DNA from: Gracilinanus agilis
Lineage: Eukaryota
Assembly: GCF_016433145.1 (NCBI RefSeq)
Contig: NC_058133.1
Span: forward strand, 257,039,560 to 257,103,559
Length of the DNA: 64,000 nt
Direction: 5' to 3'
Of this stretch, positions 10,774-24,300 are shown piece after piece. Within the stretch, counting starts at the first letter, position 1; every line of letters begins with the position of its first letter. Below the pieces are notes generated by a model. It was not told the origin of the DNA. It did not search any database and was given only the letters and a program-made list of their open reading frames with translations. The position numbers and the translations under genes are program-made.

Positions 10774-13660
10774 TAATAGTGACTGAACAAAATTGTGGAA
10801 TTGAAGAAAGAACCATGAAAACAACAGTTGTTGGGTGGGAAAGATAGAGAACCTTATCTGAAAAATTTGTAAAAGACAGATGAAGAAATAATTTCTACTA
10901 ACAAAAAGCTAATAAATGAGATTTAAATAGCAAATCTTTCAGGGGGAAAAAGCAGCTACTTGGAGAAGCACAAACTAATTGACATCATAATAAGCAGAAA
11001 CTTCCAAATTATTTCCAACTAATGAAGACAAAATTTTTGGAATACTCACCATCCCATTCTCATCGCAGAGATTTCCGTTTAGTTTATATCAATTTATCTT
11101 TGAGAAGGAATGATTCACAGTTCTGGTCTCAATACAGTCCAAAGCAAAAAAACAAATTGGAGGTTGAATTTGATATACTGTTAAAGCTTTCAAAAACTAT
11201 AACAAGGATAAAACTTGGTTGACAAAGAATAGCTGAGCATCACTCATTTATTTCACTCTGTTCTGATAACAAATTTATGTGATACTAAAAATGCTACATA
11301 AATTTTAAAAAATTAATCTATTTCAAATCATATATATGCATGACAAAATTATTTCCTCTTATATTAAATATGGAGTATAGGTATGCTTACTGAAAGTCAA
11401 AGTGTACAGAGGACATAAAAAGTGGAAGACCTCTTTTACAAAAAGTCTTTCTTGGGACTCCCTGGCAACTGGTGTCCTTCCTCTCTTCCATAGGCACCTT
11501 TTGTTTGTTTTGGTATATACATATTATTCCCCCCCCCCACCTTATTCCTAAGGCTTGCCACTCTGCCTGGAACATAATTAATTCATAAATGCTTGTTAAT
11601 TGGTACAGAGGTAATTAAATCTATTCAAATGTAACTTGGGAATGTACAGAGCATTTGAAAACTTGTCCTTTCTGATGTGGGCACAGAATATGAGAATGGC
11701 TAAGCACTGAGGGAAGGTAGTACATGTAGATAATGTAGCAATCTCCTTCTTGGCACTGAACAAAAAAAGTGGATGACTGGATGGGTCTTTAAAAAGGAAA
11801 TGACCTCACCTTTTGGTGTTCTTCTCTTCCAAAGATCATAAAAAGAACTGTTAGAAGTCACTTTTTGTGAAAGATGGTAAAAGGACAACTTGTTCTCTTC
11901 TACACTTTTGCATCCATGCTGCAGTGGGCACATGGCAGCTAAAGCCCTCAGAAATTCTGATCCTGGGGTTTGGGCTGATTTTTTTCTATTTTTTTTCTTT
12001 CCTGATCTTAGATAAATGAGTACCAATCATATACTTAGGTAAATGAATATCAACATTTGCATGAAAATGTCCAAATTTGGATGCTTGTGGGTTAGAGAGG
12101 TTCTATGGTCCCAAGTCCTTTGGTTGGATCTTATTAGCAAGTGGCAAAAGGAGTCTGGAGTGTTCTTAGAGCAGATGACCGTCATGGAGAAGATGAATCC
12201 AAATCCCTGACCAACATTGTTCAAAGACACGGACCAGTAGTTGTTTGGGTGGACAGGGCAGAACCAAAGTGAAATGTAGAATATCTATTTAGTAGTTCCA
12301 CAAACTGCTTCAATTCCAATGTTTATGATTTACTCTTTCTGAAGATTTTAACAATAGTTATATTACTGATTGCTTAAGTTTTATCAATGCATGATGAGTC
12401 TTTTGTGTCTTTTAGCATTTCTTGCGTGTAGGAAATAAATACCTGTCACATATCTGATTTATATTGTGATTCTTCCTTTTGCAGAGATCCTAAACTTGAG
12501 CCAAAGACTGAGCTGTACGAAGAATTTCTCAAGGGCACTGAAGTAGGAGTGTAAAAAGCCAAAGAATATGAAAGAAAGGAGCCTAATTAATTTCAATAGA
12601 TGCCAGGCTTCTCCAGGATGAAACCCAGTATAGATCACCATGCACTGAGTCCACAGCAAAGGTATTCCTTAATGGAAAAGAAGATTGCCCCATCCTCCCT
12701 GAGCCCATCATTTCTATTTTCTGCCTCTTACCATCCTTGTATCTGAAATATATTCACACTTTTTTTTTATTCTTACCTTCTATCTTAGAATTGCTACTAG
12801 ATTGGTTCCAAGGCAGAAAAGCAATAAGGGTTAGGCAATTGGGTTTAAGTTATTTACCCTGAGTTACACAGCTAGGAAGTGTTTGAGGCCAGATTTGAAA
12901 TCAGGACCTCCTGTCTATAGAACTGGTTCTCAATCCACTGAGCCACCTAATTGCCCCTATTCATTTTATTTTGCTCAATTCTATTATCTTCTGCCTTGAA
13001 ACCAATCCAGTAGCAATTTTAAAACAGAAGGTAAGGGTTAAAAAAAAAGAGTGAATATTCTCTAGGCACAGGGATGGTAAGAGGCAGAAAATGGAATGAG
13101 AGGAACATTGCCAGCTAGTTTGGCCGGAATGTAGAGAGTTTGGAAGGAATAAATGTAGAATAAATCTAAAAGGGTGAGGTCATCACATAATACAATGTTT
13201 AACATATATGCCATGTTGTCCATGTTTAGCAATAACAACCCCTCCTGGGTTCAAGGAAGATGGGACAATCTTCTTTTCCATTAAGGAATACCTCTGCTAT
13301 AGACTCAATGCATGATGTTTAGTACTGGGTTTCAGACTTTTTCCAAAAGAATTTGTCACTAGAGCTCTGTTCATCTCAGGCAAAACTTTCATTAGGGTTA
13401 TTAGAGAGAGGTGGCTTGGGCTTATAGTAGTGGAGTTGCTATTGCTTTTTGGGAGTAGATCTATCTTCCCCCAGAGTAGTGGTGGATTTTAGAGGAAAAA
13501 GGAGGAAAAGGTCAAGATCCCTCTACCCCATCCCCTAGGCTAGGTTGGATATCTCTATACAGGCAGAAACTGATAGAATTCCTCCTGATGAGTATTCATT
13601 GGAGGGAGACAAGTGCCCCTAGCCTTGGACCATGGTTCTGGCTGATATCATTTAGTGGTC

Positions 13661-13856
13661 AGGGCTTCCAGCCCCCATAAGCATCTTTGGCTTTGGATAT
13701 GTGCAGGTACCTGGACCTGGGCCTAATCTGATGTCATTTGGTGCCTCACTCAAAGGTCCAAGGGTTCCAGCTCCCATAAAAGCCCTTGGCCTTGGATATG
13801 TACAAGTACCTGGACCTAGACCTAGTCTGATGCCATTTGCTACCTGACTCAAGGGG
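13661..13856. repeat. Two-copy 99-bp tandem duplication
   Basis: Units begin TTCCAGC.CCCATAA at 13666 and 13765 and share GGATATGT.CA.GTACCTGGACCT.G.CCTA.TCTGATG.CATTTG. Confidence 0.85.
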
Positions 13857-14150
13857 GCCCACCCCCTATCACTCTGAGCCAATCCAGTTAAGTACCCTGA
13901 GTACATTCATTCTTCACCTCCACCTATTGGCATCCTTCAAGGTTTGGCAAAAATGCCCCCCACCCCCGGGGGATGCTTTTACATATCCCTAGTTATCAAT
14001 GTCTTCTCCTTCCTCAAATTATCTTCCCTTTACTTAATTGTATATATTGTGAATACTCAGTGTGGCATAAGTTCCTTTTGCTCCTAGTTTGATGTCTGGC
14101 ACTTAGTAATCAGTAAGTTAACAAACACTAATTCAGTTTTTACTATATGC

Positions 14151-14848
14151 TGAAAGATGGAAAAGGGGGGTTTTATAGTTGGGTGAATATATTAATATTT
14201 AAAGGTGTGGTCACCAAGGAACTGAATAAATACCAATTCCTAAAATGATTTTAGTAATTTATTTACAAAATATAGGAGAAAGTGGAAGTAGAGAGATGAG
14301 AAGAGGGTAGAATAAGAGATCTAACTTAACAAACTAGATTTGTATTCAAGTCTGGGTTTTACTCCAGCAGGGCTCCAGAGGCCAAGCCAGAGAGGCTAAA
14401 AGTCAATTAACAAGGGGTTTAGTCATCAGGGCTTCTCCCAATCAAGGGCCTCTCTGGAGACTAAGGTAGTCAGCCTTCTTCATTCACCACGTGTAGTTCT
14501 AAGAGAGAGATTTAAGAACAGTCTCACCAAGATCTCAGGTCCAGCAAGCAGCATCTCCAACTCATCCTCCAACTCCAAGAAACAAACAAGACTTACAGGA
14601 AGTTGTCACTCCCTTTTAAAGAGGCTTCTTTTGTGTCACTTCCTATGCCTTCCTCTTAGTTTACGTGTCCATTCGCAACAGATGCTTTTCTTAGGACTGC
14701 CCAGGAGGCAGTCAATAAATTTTTATTCCTCATTCACTCTAGCACAGGTGGGTCACAGACCTGCCAACTTGTGAATTAAGTGGGGATGTTCTCACCTTTG
14801 GTAATCAAATCTAAAGATAGACAGGGAAGATTTAATTTCATTATCACA
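14151..14848 (-). mobile_element. ERV solo LTR (~700 bp) inserted into an old LINE2-like tail
   Basis: TG...CA ends, 4-bp TSD ATGC (14147-14150 and 14849-14852). The flanks rejoin as tactatATGCcaagcactgtgctgagtgctg. Orientation is inferred from TATA-like and AATAAA order. Confidence 0.8.
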
Positions 14849-17559
14849 ATGCCAAGCACTGTGCTGAGTGCTGAAGATACAAATATACAAATGGCCTTTT
14901 TCCTCAAGGAATTAATATTTTGCTGAGGAGACAACATGCCAACAAATGTGTATATGTAAGATTATATAGAGCATGAAAGGTAATCACAGAGGGAAAGATA
15001 TTTGTAGTTGTAGGGAACTAGAAAGGCTTCTTGCAGAAGGGAGAATTTGGACTGTTTTTAGAGAAGAGGAAAGGGTAGAAAATATTCCAGGCCTGTAAGG
15101 ACTGCAAGTGAAAAAGAATGGAGGGGACAGCTAGGTGCTCAGTGGACAGAGAGCCAGGCCTGGAGGCAGGAAGTCCTGGGTTCAAATTTGGCCTCAGACA
15201 ATTCCTAGATGTGTGACTCTGGGCAAGTCACTTAACCCCAATTGCCTAGGCCTTACTGTTCTTCTGACTTAGAACCAATACTTATTATCAAGTCTAAGAC
15301 AGAAGGTAAAGATGAAAAAGAGAGACAGGAAAAGAGAAAGAGAGATTGAGAGAGACACAGAGAGAGAGAAGATGGAAGATATCGACTCCAACCACAGAGA
15401 TCTGTCTTTGGCCCTATGTTGATTTTATTAGTGATATGAATGAAAACATAAATGTCATGTTTTTCAGATTTACAAATAACCCAAATCTAAGAAGAATTAA
15501 CAAACCGAGATGATAGTCAATATTCTTCCAAAATCATTTCAACAAACTAGGATAGTGGAATGAATATAATAAAATTTTGAGAGGCCAAGTTCCACCAGGA
15601 TTGAACCTGGTCTGCATGCATGAATCCAGTTAAGGTCAAACATACCTAGTTCTCTCAATCAAAAATGTAATCTCTTTTTCTCCCTCTCTCTGGCTCTTTA
15701 ATTCCCTCATTTTATAGCCCCAATGAGATTCATCTAAAGCTTAGATTTCTTTAAGGTCTAGGATCTGCCCAAAAAGGAGTGAAATGGAAAGCTATTCAAT
15801 ATACAATGTAAATCAAGTCTAGGACAGCTAATTTTTTTCCTGCACAGCAAAGTCATTAACAAACATTAAAAGAAATGCTCAAGGAGCAGCTAGGTGACTC
15901 AGGTAAAAGAGAGCCAGACCTGGAGAAAATCCTGGGTTCAAAACTGGCATCAGATACTTCCTGTTTGACCCTGGGAAAATCATTTAACCCGCATTGCCTA
16001 GGCCTTACTGCTCTTCTGCTTTGAAAACCAATACTTGGTTTTCATTTTAAGATAAAAGGTAAAGGTGTTTTTAAAAATGCTCAACACATGAGACATGTGT
16101 GTTAACAAAGACTTAAGCAGCAGTAGTAACATATAACTATGGTTATACTTTGCTTGTTGAAAACCAGTTAAACTCTACAGTCATTTACTCTTGAATCCCT
16201 TTCCCACGTGTTCTATTGCTCATCACACCCCGAAAACCCCAATCCTAAATTACACCTATCATCTGCTTCCTTCAGTCTTATTCACATGCTGCTGCATGAA
16301 ACATGGAACCAAAGAAGTCACTAAACAATGATAACTAGATACACTATAAATTATTTTATCTAGTTTTAATTGACCTTCAAGGCAGTAATGCAATATTACT
16401 ACTCCTCTCTAATGGATTCACTATCCCACTCTCTTGGACAGCTAAGTGGCACAGTAGATAGAATACTATGTTTAGAATCAGAAAAACTCATCTTCCTAAG
16501 TTCAAATATGGCTTCAGAAACTAGCTGTCTGTCCCAGGACAAGTCACTTAACTCTGTTTGCTTCAGTTTCTTTATCTGTAAAAAGAGCTGGAGAAGAAAA
16601 TGGTTATCACTCCAGTATCTTTGCAATTTTAACACCCTTCTTTTCTCTCCTCAAGCCTCCCATAATACCTTTCCCCCTACCATCTTAGTTGGAGACATTA
16701 CTTCATACTCCACCCCCAAAATTGAGGTTATTTAGTAAGAAAGTCTTCAATCCAATCTCTGATGATGAAGTAGTAATCCATCTCTTGTCATAGCCTGCAG
16801 GAAGCCATCAAAGTTCATGATGTTTGCACAGCTCGCAAGAGTTTTGGAACCCTCATAGCAGGCAACAGAAAGATGGTAATTCCACTCAGATTCCCCTATG
16901 TGACTCTTTTCTCACTAACATTCCCTTTTATTGGAATTATTGTAATCAATATCTCTAGCAGCGGGAACATATAGAGGAACATCATATGCCATTACTAGAA
17001 CCCTCACAAACCCCCTACAAACTCCTAGGAAAAGCCCCACCTTTATATGTTATAATACAGAAATTCCCCTAGAAGTCATTTCACAACAAACCAGCAAATA
17101 GTGAGTTAATGTTAAAGATTTTAAAACCCTAACTTAGGCCTCTCACTCCCATACACAGGTGCTTGCAAAAACAGGCCAGAATAGTCTCCAAGTTTCCCTC
17201 CTCCCTGATTCGGTACAGTATACATAAAAGAACAATGAGTGAAATTTGGAGAAATTGTCTCCCATGAAAAAGCCTGTACTTTCCCACCACTGTAGCCCAA
17301 GAGATACGTCAAACACACCTAACACATTGTCTCTAAGAAAAGATGTATTGTGAGAATGGATTTCCATGCCAACTTTATGTGTGATCTCAAAGCATATAAA
17401 ATAAACATAACCCAAAAGCTGACCAGAGCAATCTTTATGATGCCTGGCTCTGGCTGAAACCCTGATTGCTCTCATTCGTCTCAATCATGTCTCTGACACT
17501 GCCCCACCACCGAGATTTTCCTGGACCTGTGGGAGTTTTTTACTCCTGCAATAGCCAAT

Positions 17560-18330
17560 CTCTCCAAATGGACCCTTGATCCCATAGCCTCTTATCTTCT
17601 CCAGAAAATTATCCACTTTTAATCCCTACTTTCTTTTTTCTTCTCTCCTTATCTTATTATAACTCCTATTTGCTGCTTGCAAACATCCCTGTCTCCCCCA
17701 TACTTAAAAAACACTTTGATCCCACTATCCTCACTAGCTATCATCCTATATTTGTCCTCCTTTTCTCAGTGAAATACCTTGAGAAAGCTACTATTATTGG
17801 GTGCTTCTACTTCCTCTCCTCTCATTCTCTTCTAAACCTACTTCAATCTGTCTTCTGTACACATCATTCATTTGAAGTTGCCCTCTCCAAAGTTACCAGT
17901 GATCTCTTCATTGCCAAATCTAATGGCCTTTTCTCAGTCTTCATCCTTTTTTACTTCTCTTTAGTTATTTGAAACTGTTGATCATCTTCTCCTTTTGGAT
18001 ACTTTTTTATCTTCAAACTTTTGTACTGCTACTCTCTACTATTCCTCCTCCTGTTTGTTCCTTCTCTTTCTCCTTTACTGCTTCTTTATGCATGTTATGT
18101 TCATGAACCAATGATGTCCTCCAAAAATACCCTGGGTCCTCTTCTATTTTTACTCTATACCATCTTATTTGTTGATGTCATCAGCTCCTATGGAATCAAT
18201 AATTGACTCTGTGCAGATGATTGTCAGCTGTTCTATATATCCAGCCTTGCTCTCTCTCCTAAACTACTTCATACTTCAATTCATCCCCGACTTAGCTAGC
18301 AAGGTGATTTTTCTTTTTCTTTTTTTTCAA
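17560..18330 (+). mobile_element. LINE2/CR1-clade ORF2 (reverse transcriptase) remnant
   Basis: YHPIFVLLFSVKYLEK...LLNLLQSVFCTHHSFEVALSKVTSDLFIAKSNGLFSVFIL...ETVDH aligns with the YRPISLL..KILEK / LQSGFR..HSTETAL / DTVDH RT consensus. Confidence 0.8.
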
Positions 18331-21148
18331 GGTGATTTTTCTAAAGCATAGGTCTCACTGTATAAATGGAGATTTTTGAACCTTGGACTTCATCCCCCAT
18401 AAATCCTTAGTTTTCCCAAAATTCCCTTCAATCTCCTGCACCTCCATGTTTTAGTGGTCACGTTATTGTTTTATGGTTGGCTGTAACTCTGCCCTCTCTC
18501 TCTTTGGTTCCTGGGAGCAAGCAGGTTAGTACCTTTTAGTTAGTCTCTTTTGTTAGTTTATTATTAATAAATTATTTAATATATTGCATATTAATTTTAA
18601 TTTCCACATCACCATGTCACTCTCCTCCTCAATGACCTCCAGTGTCCCTATTATCTCCAGGGTCAAAGAAAAATTACTTTGACTTTTATTTCACTTTTTA
18701 CTTTTTTATTGTCATGCAAAACACACTTTCATATTGGTCATTGTTGTAAGAGCAAAATAATACATAACCAAAACCCCAACATAAAACCAAAAACACACTG
18801 ATGTGAAAGATGATTTTAACAGTTCTTTCTCTAGAGGTAGATAACATTCCCTGTCATGAGTCTTTCAGGATTGTTCCGGATCATTGCATTTCTGAGAGTA
18901 GCCAAGTTTTCACAGATAATCATCTTCCAATATTGCTGTTATTGTGTACAATGTTCTCCCAGTTCTGCTTATTTCGATCTGCATCAGCTCCTGCAGATCT
19001 TTCCATCTTTTTTCTGAAATCATCTTGTTTATCATTTCTTATAGCACAATAGTGTTCCCTGACCATTTGTTTGACGTTTAAAGCTCTTCATAACCTGGCC
19101 TCTTGCCATGTTTCTATGCTTCCCTCCACACATTCTATAGTTCAAATCCTGCTTGCTATTCTTCACCCATGACCCTTCACCTCCAATCACCATACTTTTG
19201 CCCTGGCTGCTCCCCATGTCTGGAATGCCCAGCCCCTTCATCTCCATCTCTTAGAATTCTTGGCTTTTCTCAGCACTAAGTTCAAATATTATATTCTCCA
19301 AGATGTCTTTCCCAGCTACTAGTGGCTTCCCTTCTGAGATTTATTGTTGTTGTGGCTGTGATGGTGGTAGTGGTGGAGTTTTCAATTGTGTCCAACTCTT
19401 TGTCACCCCATTTAGTGTTTTCTTGGCAGAGATCCTAGAGTGATTTGGCATTTCCTTCTCCAGCTCATTTTGTAGATGAAAAAACTGAGGTAAACTGAGT
19501 GAAATGACCTGCTCTGTCACCTAGCTAGTGTCTGAGGCCTGCTTTGAACTTACTGCGCCACCTAGCGGAACTTCTGAGATTACCTTCATCTAGTCTACTC
19601 CAGTTAAGTAAAGCACTTTGCAAATCTTCAAGTAGAATATAAATGTTAGCTATTATTGTTATTATACATCCCATATGTAGCCATTTACATGTGGTGACCC
19701 ACATTAGGATGTAAGCTCCTTGTGTTTTGTGTGACAATACAGGTATAACCCAGATTGAATCGCTTGCTGACTCTGGGAGAGGGGAGGAAAGAAGGGAGGG
19801 AGACTGTAGAACTTTGGAAAACTGATGTGGAAATTTGTGATTACATGTAATTGGCAATAAATAAATAAATAAATGAGCAAGCAAACAAACAAATAAATAA
19901 ATGAGCGAGTTCCTTGAGGGCAGGACTTGTTTTTGCCTCTTATTTTTTTTATTATCTTTTATTTTTATTATCTATTTATTTTCTTATTTTTTAATTATCT
20001 TTTGCCTCTTCTTACTGTGCATAGCACAGTACCTGGCATATTGTACGTAGTAATTAAATTCTTGTTAATTAACCAGGAAGGTGATAGTCCCATTGTCCTC
20101 TTCATTGGACAAAATTTTCAATTCTTAGCACCACTAGGACTTTCACAAATCTGAATGGTTCTATAAGAGGGAGACCGAACATAGAGATCTTGAAGGTTAA
20201 AGTAATGGGAATGTTTAAGTTGGGAAAAAGAACTGTTACATAGAAAAGAGGTTAAACTTGTTTCATTTTCATCCAAAACTAGTAGCAAGGAATAGAAATT
20301 GCAGAGGCAAATTTCAAATGAATATTAAGGAAAAACTTTCTACCATTCAGGATTCCCCCAAAGTATTAGAGGTAACAAATTCCCATTACTTTAGGCCTCC
20401 AAATGAAAGTTAAACAAACACTTGTCAGAGAAGTTTTAAGTAGAATTCCCTTTTCAGGTACAGGATGGTATAGGAAGTAGTGTGGACAAAGGTATTCCAG
20501 GTATAGGGATTGGGATAAGAAAAAGAAAAGAAAGGGAAAGACTAGTGTAGTATAGTTTTGTTATTATGGGAAGTACATGAAGGAAAGTAGTATTAGACTA
20601 AGGCTAGAAGTTAAACAGAAATATATTAAAAAGACAAAAATGAAGCAAAACTTGCCTTCAAATAACATACTTTAGGGAGCATCTGGGTAGCTCAGTGGAT
20701 TGAGAGTCAGGCCTAGAGGCAGGAGGACCTAGGTTCAAATCTGACCTCAGACACTTCCTAGCTGCGTGTCCCTGGGCAAGTCACTTGACCCCCCATTGCC
20801 TACCCTTACCACTCTTCTGCCTTGGAGCCAATACACAGTTTTGACTCCAAGACAGAAGATAAGGGCTTAAAAATAAATAAACAAACAAATAAATAAAAAT
20901 AACATACTTTTGGGTTGGATCCAGTTTGGAAATAAAAATAGCATTTAGTTAAGCCCCTAAATTCCAATGCTAGGGATTAAAGAGAGACAGAAAGGTCCCA
21001 TATATACCCCAAATGATTTAAAGTATTGTTTCTAATGGCAAAAAAAAAAAAAAAAGCATGGTAGATGCCTCTGTTTCCTCACCTTTGAAATAAGCTAGAG
21101 AAGGAAATGGCAAACTACTCCAGTATCTTTGCCAAGAAAACCCCAAAA

Positions 21149-21342
21149 GGGGACAGCTAGGTAGCTCAATGAATTGAGAGTTAGGCCTAGAGATGGGAGG
21201 TCCTGGGTTCAAATTTGACCTCAGACACTTCCCAGCTGTGTGACCCTGGGCAAGTCACTTGACTCCCATTGCCCACCCTTACCACTCTTCCACCTAGGAG
21301 CCAATACACAGAAGTTAAGGGTTTAAAAAAAAAAAAAAAGAG
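21149..21342 (+). mobile_element. Marsupial SINE nested in a CORE-SINE
   Basis: Poly-A tail and TSD AGAAAACCCCAAAAG (21135-21149 and 21343-21357). Confidence 0.85.
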
Positions 21343-24300
21343 AGAAAACCCCAAAAGAGGTCACAAAGAGTAAGATACAACTGAAAAAACTGAACAGCAA
21401 AAATAAGTAATGACAAAAATACAGATAAGCCTGATAAGACACATAAACTGACAACAATTGAAGTAAGCAGAAACAAAAAGATGACTTGCACAATGACTTC
21501 TAAATAACAATAAAAACATAAACCTTAAAACTGAAAAGTGTTTAATTACAAGCAACTCTGAAAGACTTAAGAACTATTTGACACATTGACCCTCCATGAT
21601 TTCAGAGGACTGATAAAGCATGTTACCCTATATGTTTTTAGGATAAGGCCAATGTATTTTTTTGCTTTGTTTTGTTTTTAGAATCTATACTGGGTATTGG
21701 TTCTAAGGCAGAAGAGTGGTAAGGGCTAGGCAATGGGAGTTAAATGGCTTGACCAGGGTCACATTGCTAGGAAGTATCTGATGTCAAATTTGAACCCAGG
21801 ACCTCACATCTCTGGGCCTGACTCTCAATCCACTGAGGTACCCAGCTACCCCCAGTATATGACCAATGTTAGAATTTATTTTGATTTATTATGTATATTT
21901 GTTTCAAGGATTTTTTTTTTAATGGAGAAGATAAAAAGGAAAGAAAATTGACTTTTGTTCAGTAATTTTTTTTAAGCAAGAAAAGGAAAGCTGTAAGTTA
22001 GTCTTTGGGATACCTCCTGCAGGATTCTGGGAACCAGTGGATATCCAAACTAGGATTTTTGCCATTATTATGTTCATAAGAATGTCAATAAAGCCATAAT
22101 TTAGCTGTGTGACCCTGGGCAGGTCACTTAACCCCAAAAGTCACTTAACCCTTATTGTTCTTCTGCCTTGGAACTGAAATTTAGTATTAATTCTAAGACA
22201 GGAAGAAAGAGGTTTTGGTTTTATTCTAAAAAATAAAATTAAAATTAAAACTTGTAAGGAAGAGAGGGAGAAAAAAATTTAAATATCAAAAACATTTTGA
22301 ATAAAAAATTTTAAATAGCATTTAGATCTCCACTCTTCAGAGAAACTCTTAGGGAACAAGAGATATTCCCAAGAAACAAGTCCTGACCAGTTCATTTTAT
22401 TTTTCTTTCCTAAGAAAAATTCAGAGACATAGAGGGCTGGAGCCAGAAAAAAAAAAAATTAGAAATGACCTCGTGCTGATAGAAAAGTGAGAACTGATAG
22501 AAAGTGAGAACAAGAACAATATACACAGTAATAGCAATATTGTACAATGATCAACTATGAATAGCTTTAACTATTATTAGCAATGCAAGGATCCAAGACA
22601 ACTCCATGAGATTCGTGGTGAGAAATGCTATCCACTGCCATAGAAGGAACTGATGGAGTCTGAATACAGATCAAAGCATATAGTTTTTCACTTTATTTCC
22701 TTCATTAGTTTTTTCTTGTATGTGTAATTTGTGTCTTCTGTTACAAAATGACCAATATGGGAATATATATTGCATGATAGCAAATGTGAAACTTGCCACC
22801 TTGGGGAGAAAAGAGGGGAGGCAGAGAATCTGGATTGCAAAATGTCAGAAAATAAATATTAAAAATTGTCTCTACATGTAATTGGAAAAAAATACAATAA
22901 AATATAAGATTTTTAAAAAAGGGGGGAAGCTGGGTAGCTCAGTGGATTGAGAGTCAGGCCTAGAGATGGGAGGTCCTAGGTACAAATCTGGCCTCATACA
23001 CTTCCCAGCTGTGTGACCCTGGGCAAGTCACTTGACCCCCATTGCCTAGCCCTTATCACTCTTCTGCCTTGGAATCAATACACAGTATTGTGTATATAGG
23101 TAAGGGTTTTTATTAAAAACAAACAAACAAAAAGATTTAAAAAGAAGAAGAAAGAAAGGAATTATCTAGTCCAACCTCTCATTCTGAAGATAGAGAAAAG
23201 GGAAATAAATTGCCCAAGTGATTCAGCAATTGAGTAAATTGAGAATAGGTCAATGAGAGAGTAATACAGAGTAGAGATAAGCTGTTTGTCCATTCTAAAG
23301 GTAAGATATGATTATTGTGCCTCTGGAGTGTTACTCTCATTCAGAGGCTGTCTCCATCATAATAATTGCAACTTATCCACCATAAATACATGTGTATTTC
23401 AGGACTCTTTGGCATTAAAAATATGTGCTTTAATTTAAAAAAAGATAATTTTAAAAAGTGTCTCTTATTTTGCCTATGTGCTGTATCAAAACTAGTTGCC
23501 TGTTCCTAGTCCAAGCTCTGCACAGGCTTGAGAATCTTTCAGTATAGGATAATTATCTATCTACTGCAGTCCTTTTTGGGTTACAGAAAATGTTCAAAGG
23601 ACTCCTCTTTGTTTCAGTAATAATGATACTAATGATGATGATAAATAGCCTGCCTTTACATTTTAAGTTTGCAAATGTTTTAAATATATTCTCATTTGAT
23701 CTTCACAGCAACTCAGAGGCAGGTGCTATAATTATTTTTTATTTAATTATTATTATTTATTTAATTAACATTAAAAATATTCCCATTTTACAAATGAGGA
23801 AATTAAGACTGAGAGATTCCATGACTCATCTAGGATCACAGAACTACTAAGTGTTTGAGATAGGATTCAAACCCAGGTCTCTCTGGATCCAAATCCAGCA
23901 CTTTATTCACTTCTAAGATACTATTCAGAGGAAGCATAATATCGTTGTCATTGTTGTTTTTAAAATAACCTTTACCTTCTGATACTACACTGAGTATTGG
24001 TTCCAAGACAGAAAAGTGGTAAGGACTAGGCAATTGGGGTATGACTTGTCCAAGGTGAGCAGCTAGGAAGTGTCTGAGCCAGATTTGAACCCCAGAACCT
24101 TCTGTCTCTAGGCTTGATGCTCTATCCACTGAGCCACCTAGCTGCCCCAACAACTTTTGAATGTTATTTTTTTAAGTCAATGGTATTCTAAGAAACTAAA
24201 GAAATTTATTCATGCAATGAATAATATTTATCCAATATCTAATATGTGTAAGGCACTCAGATAGGTTTCAAACCAGGGATCTTGTATCAGACCTAGTTAT

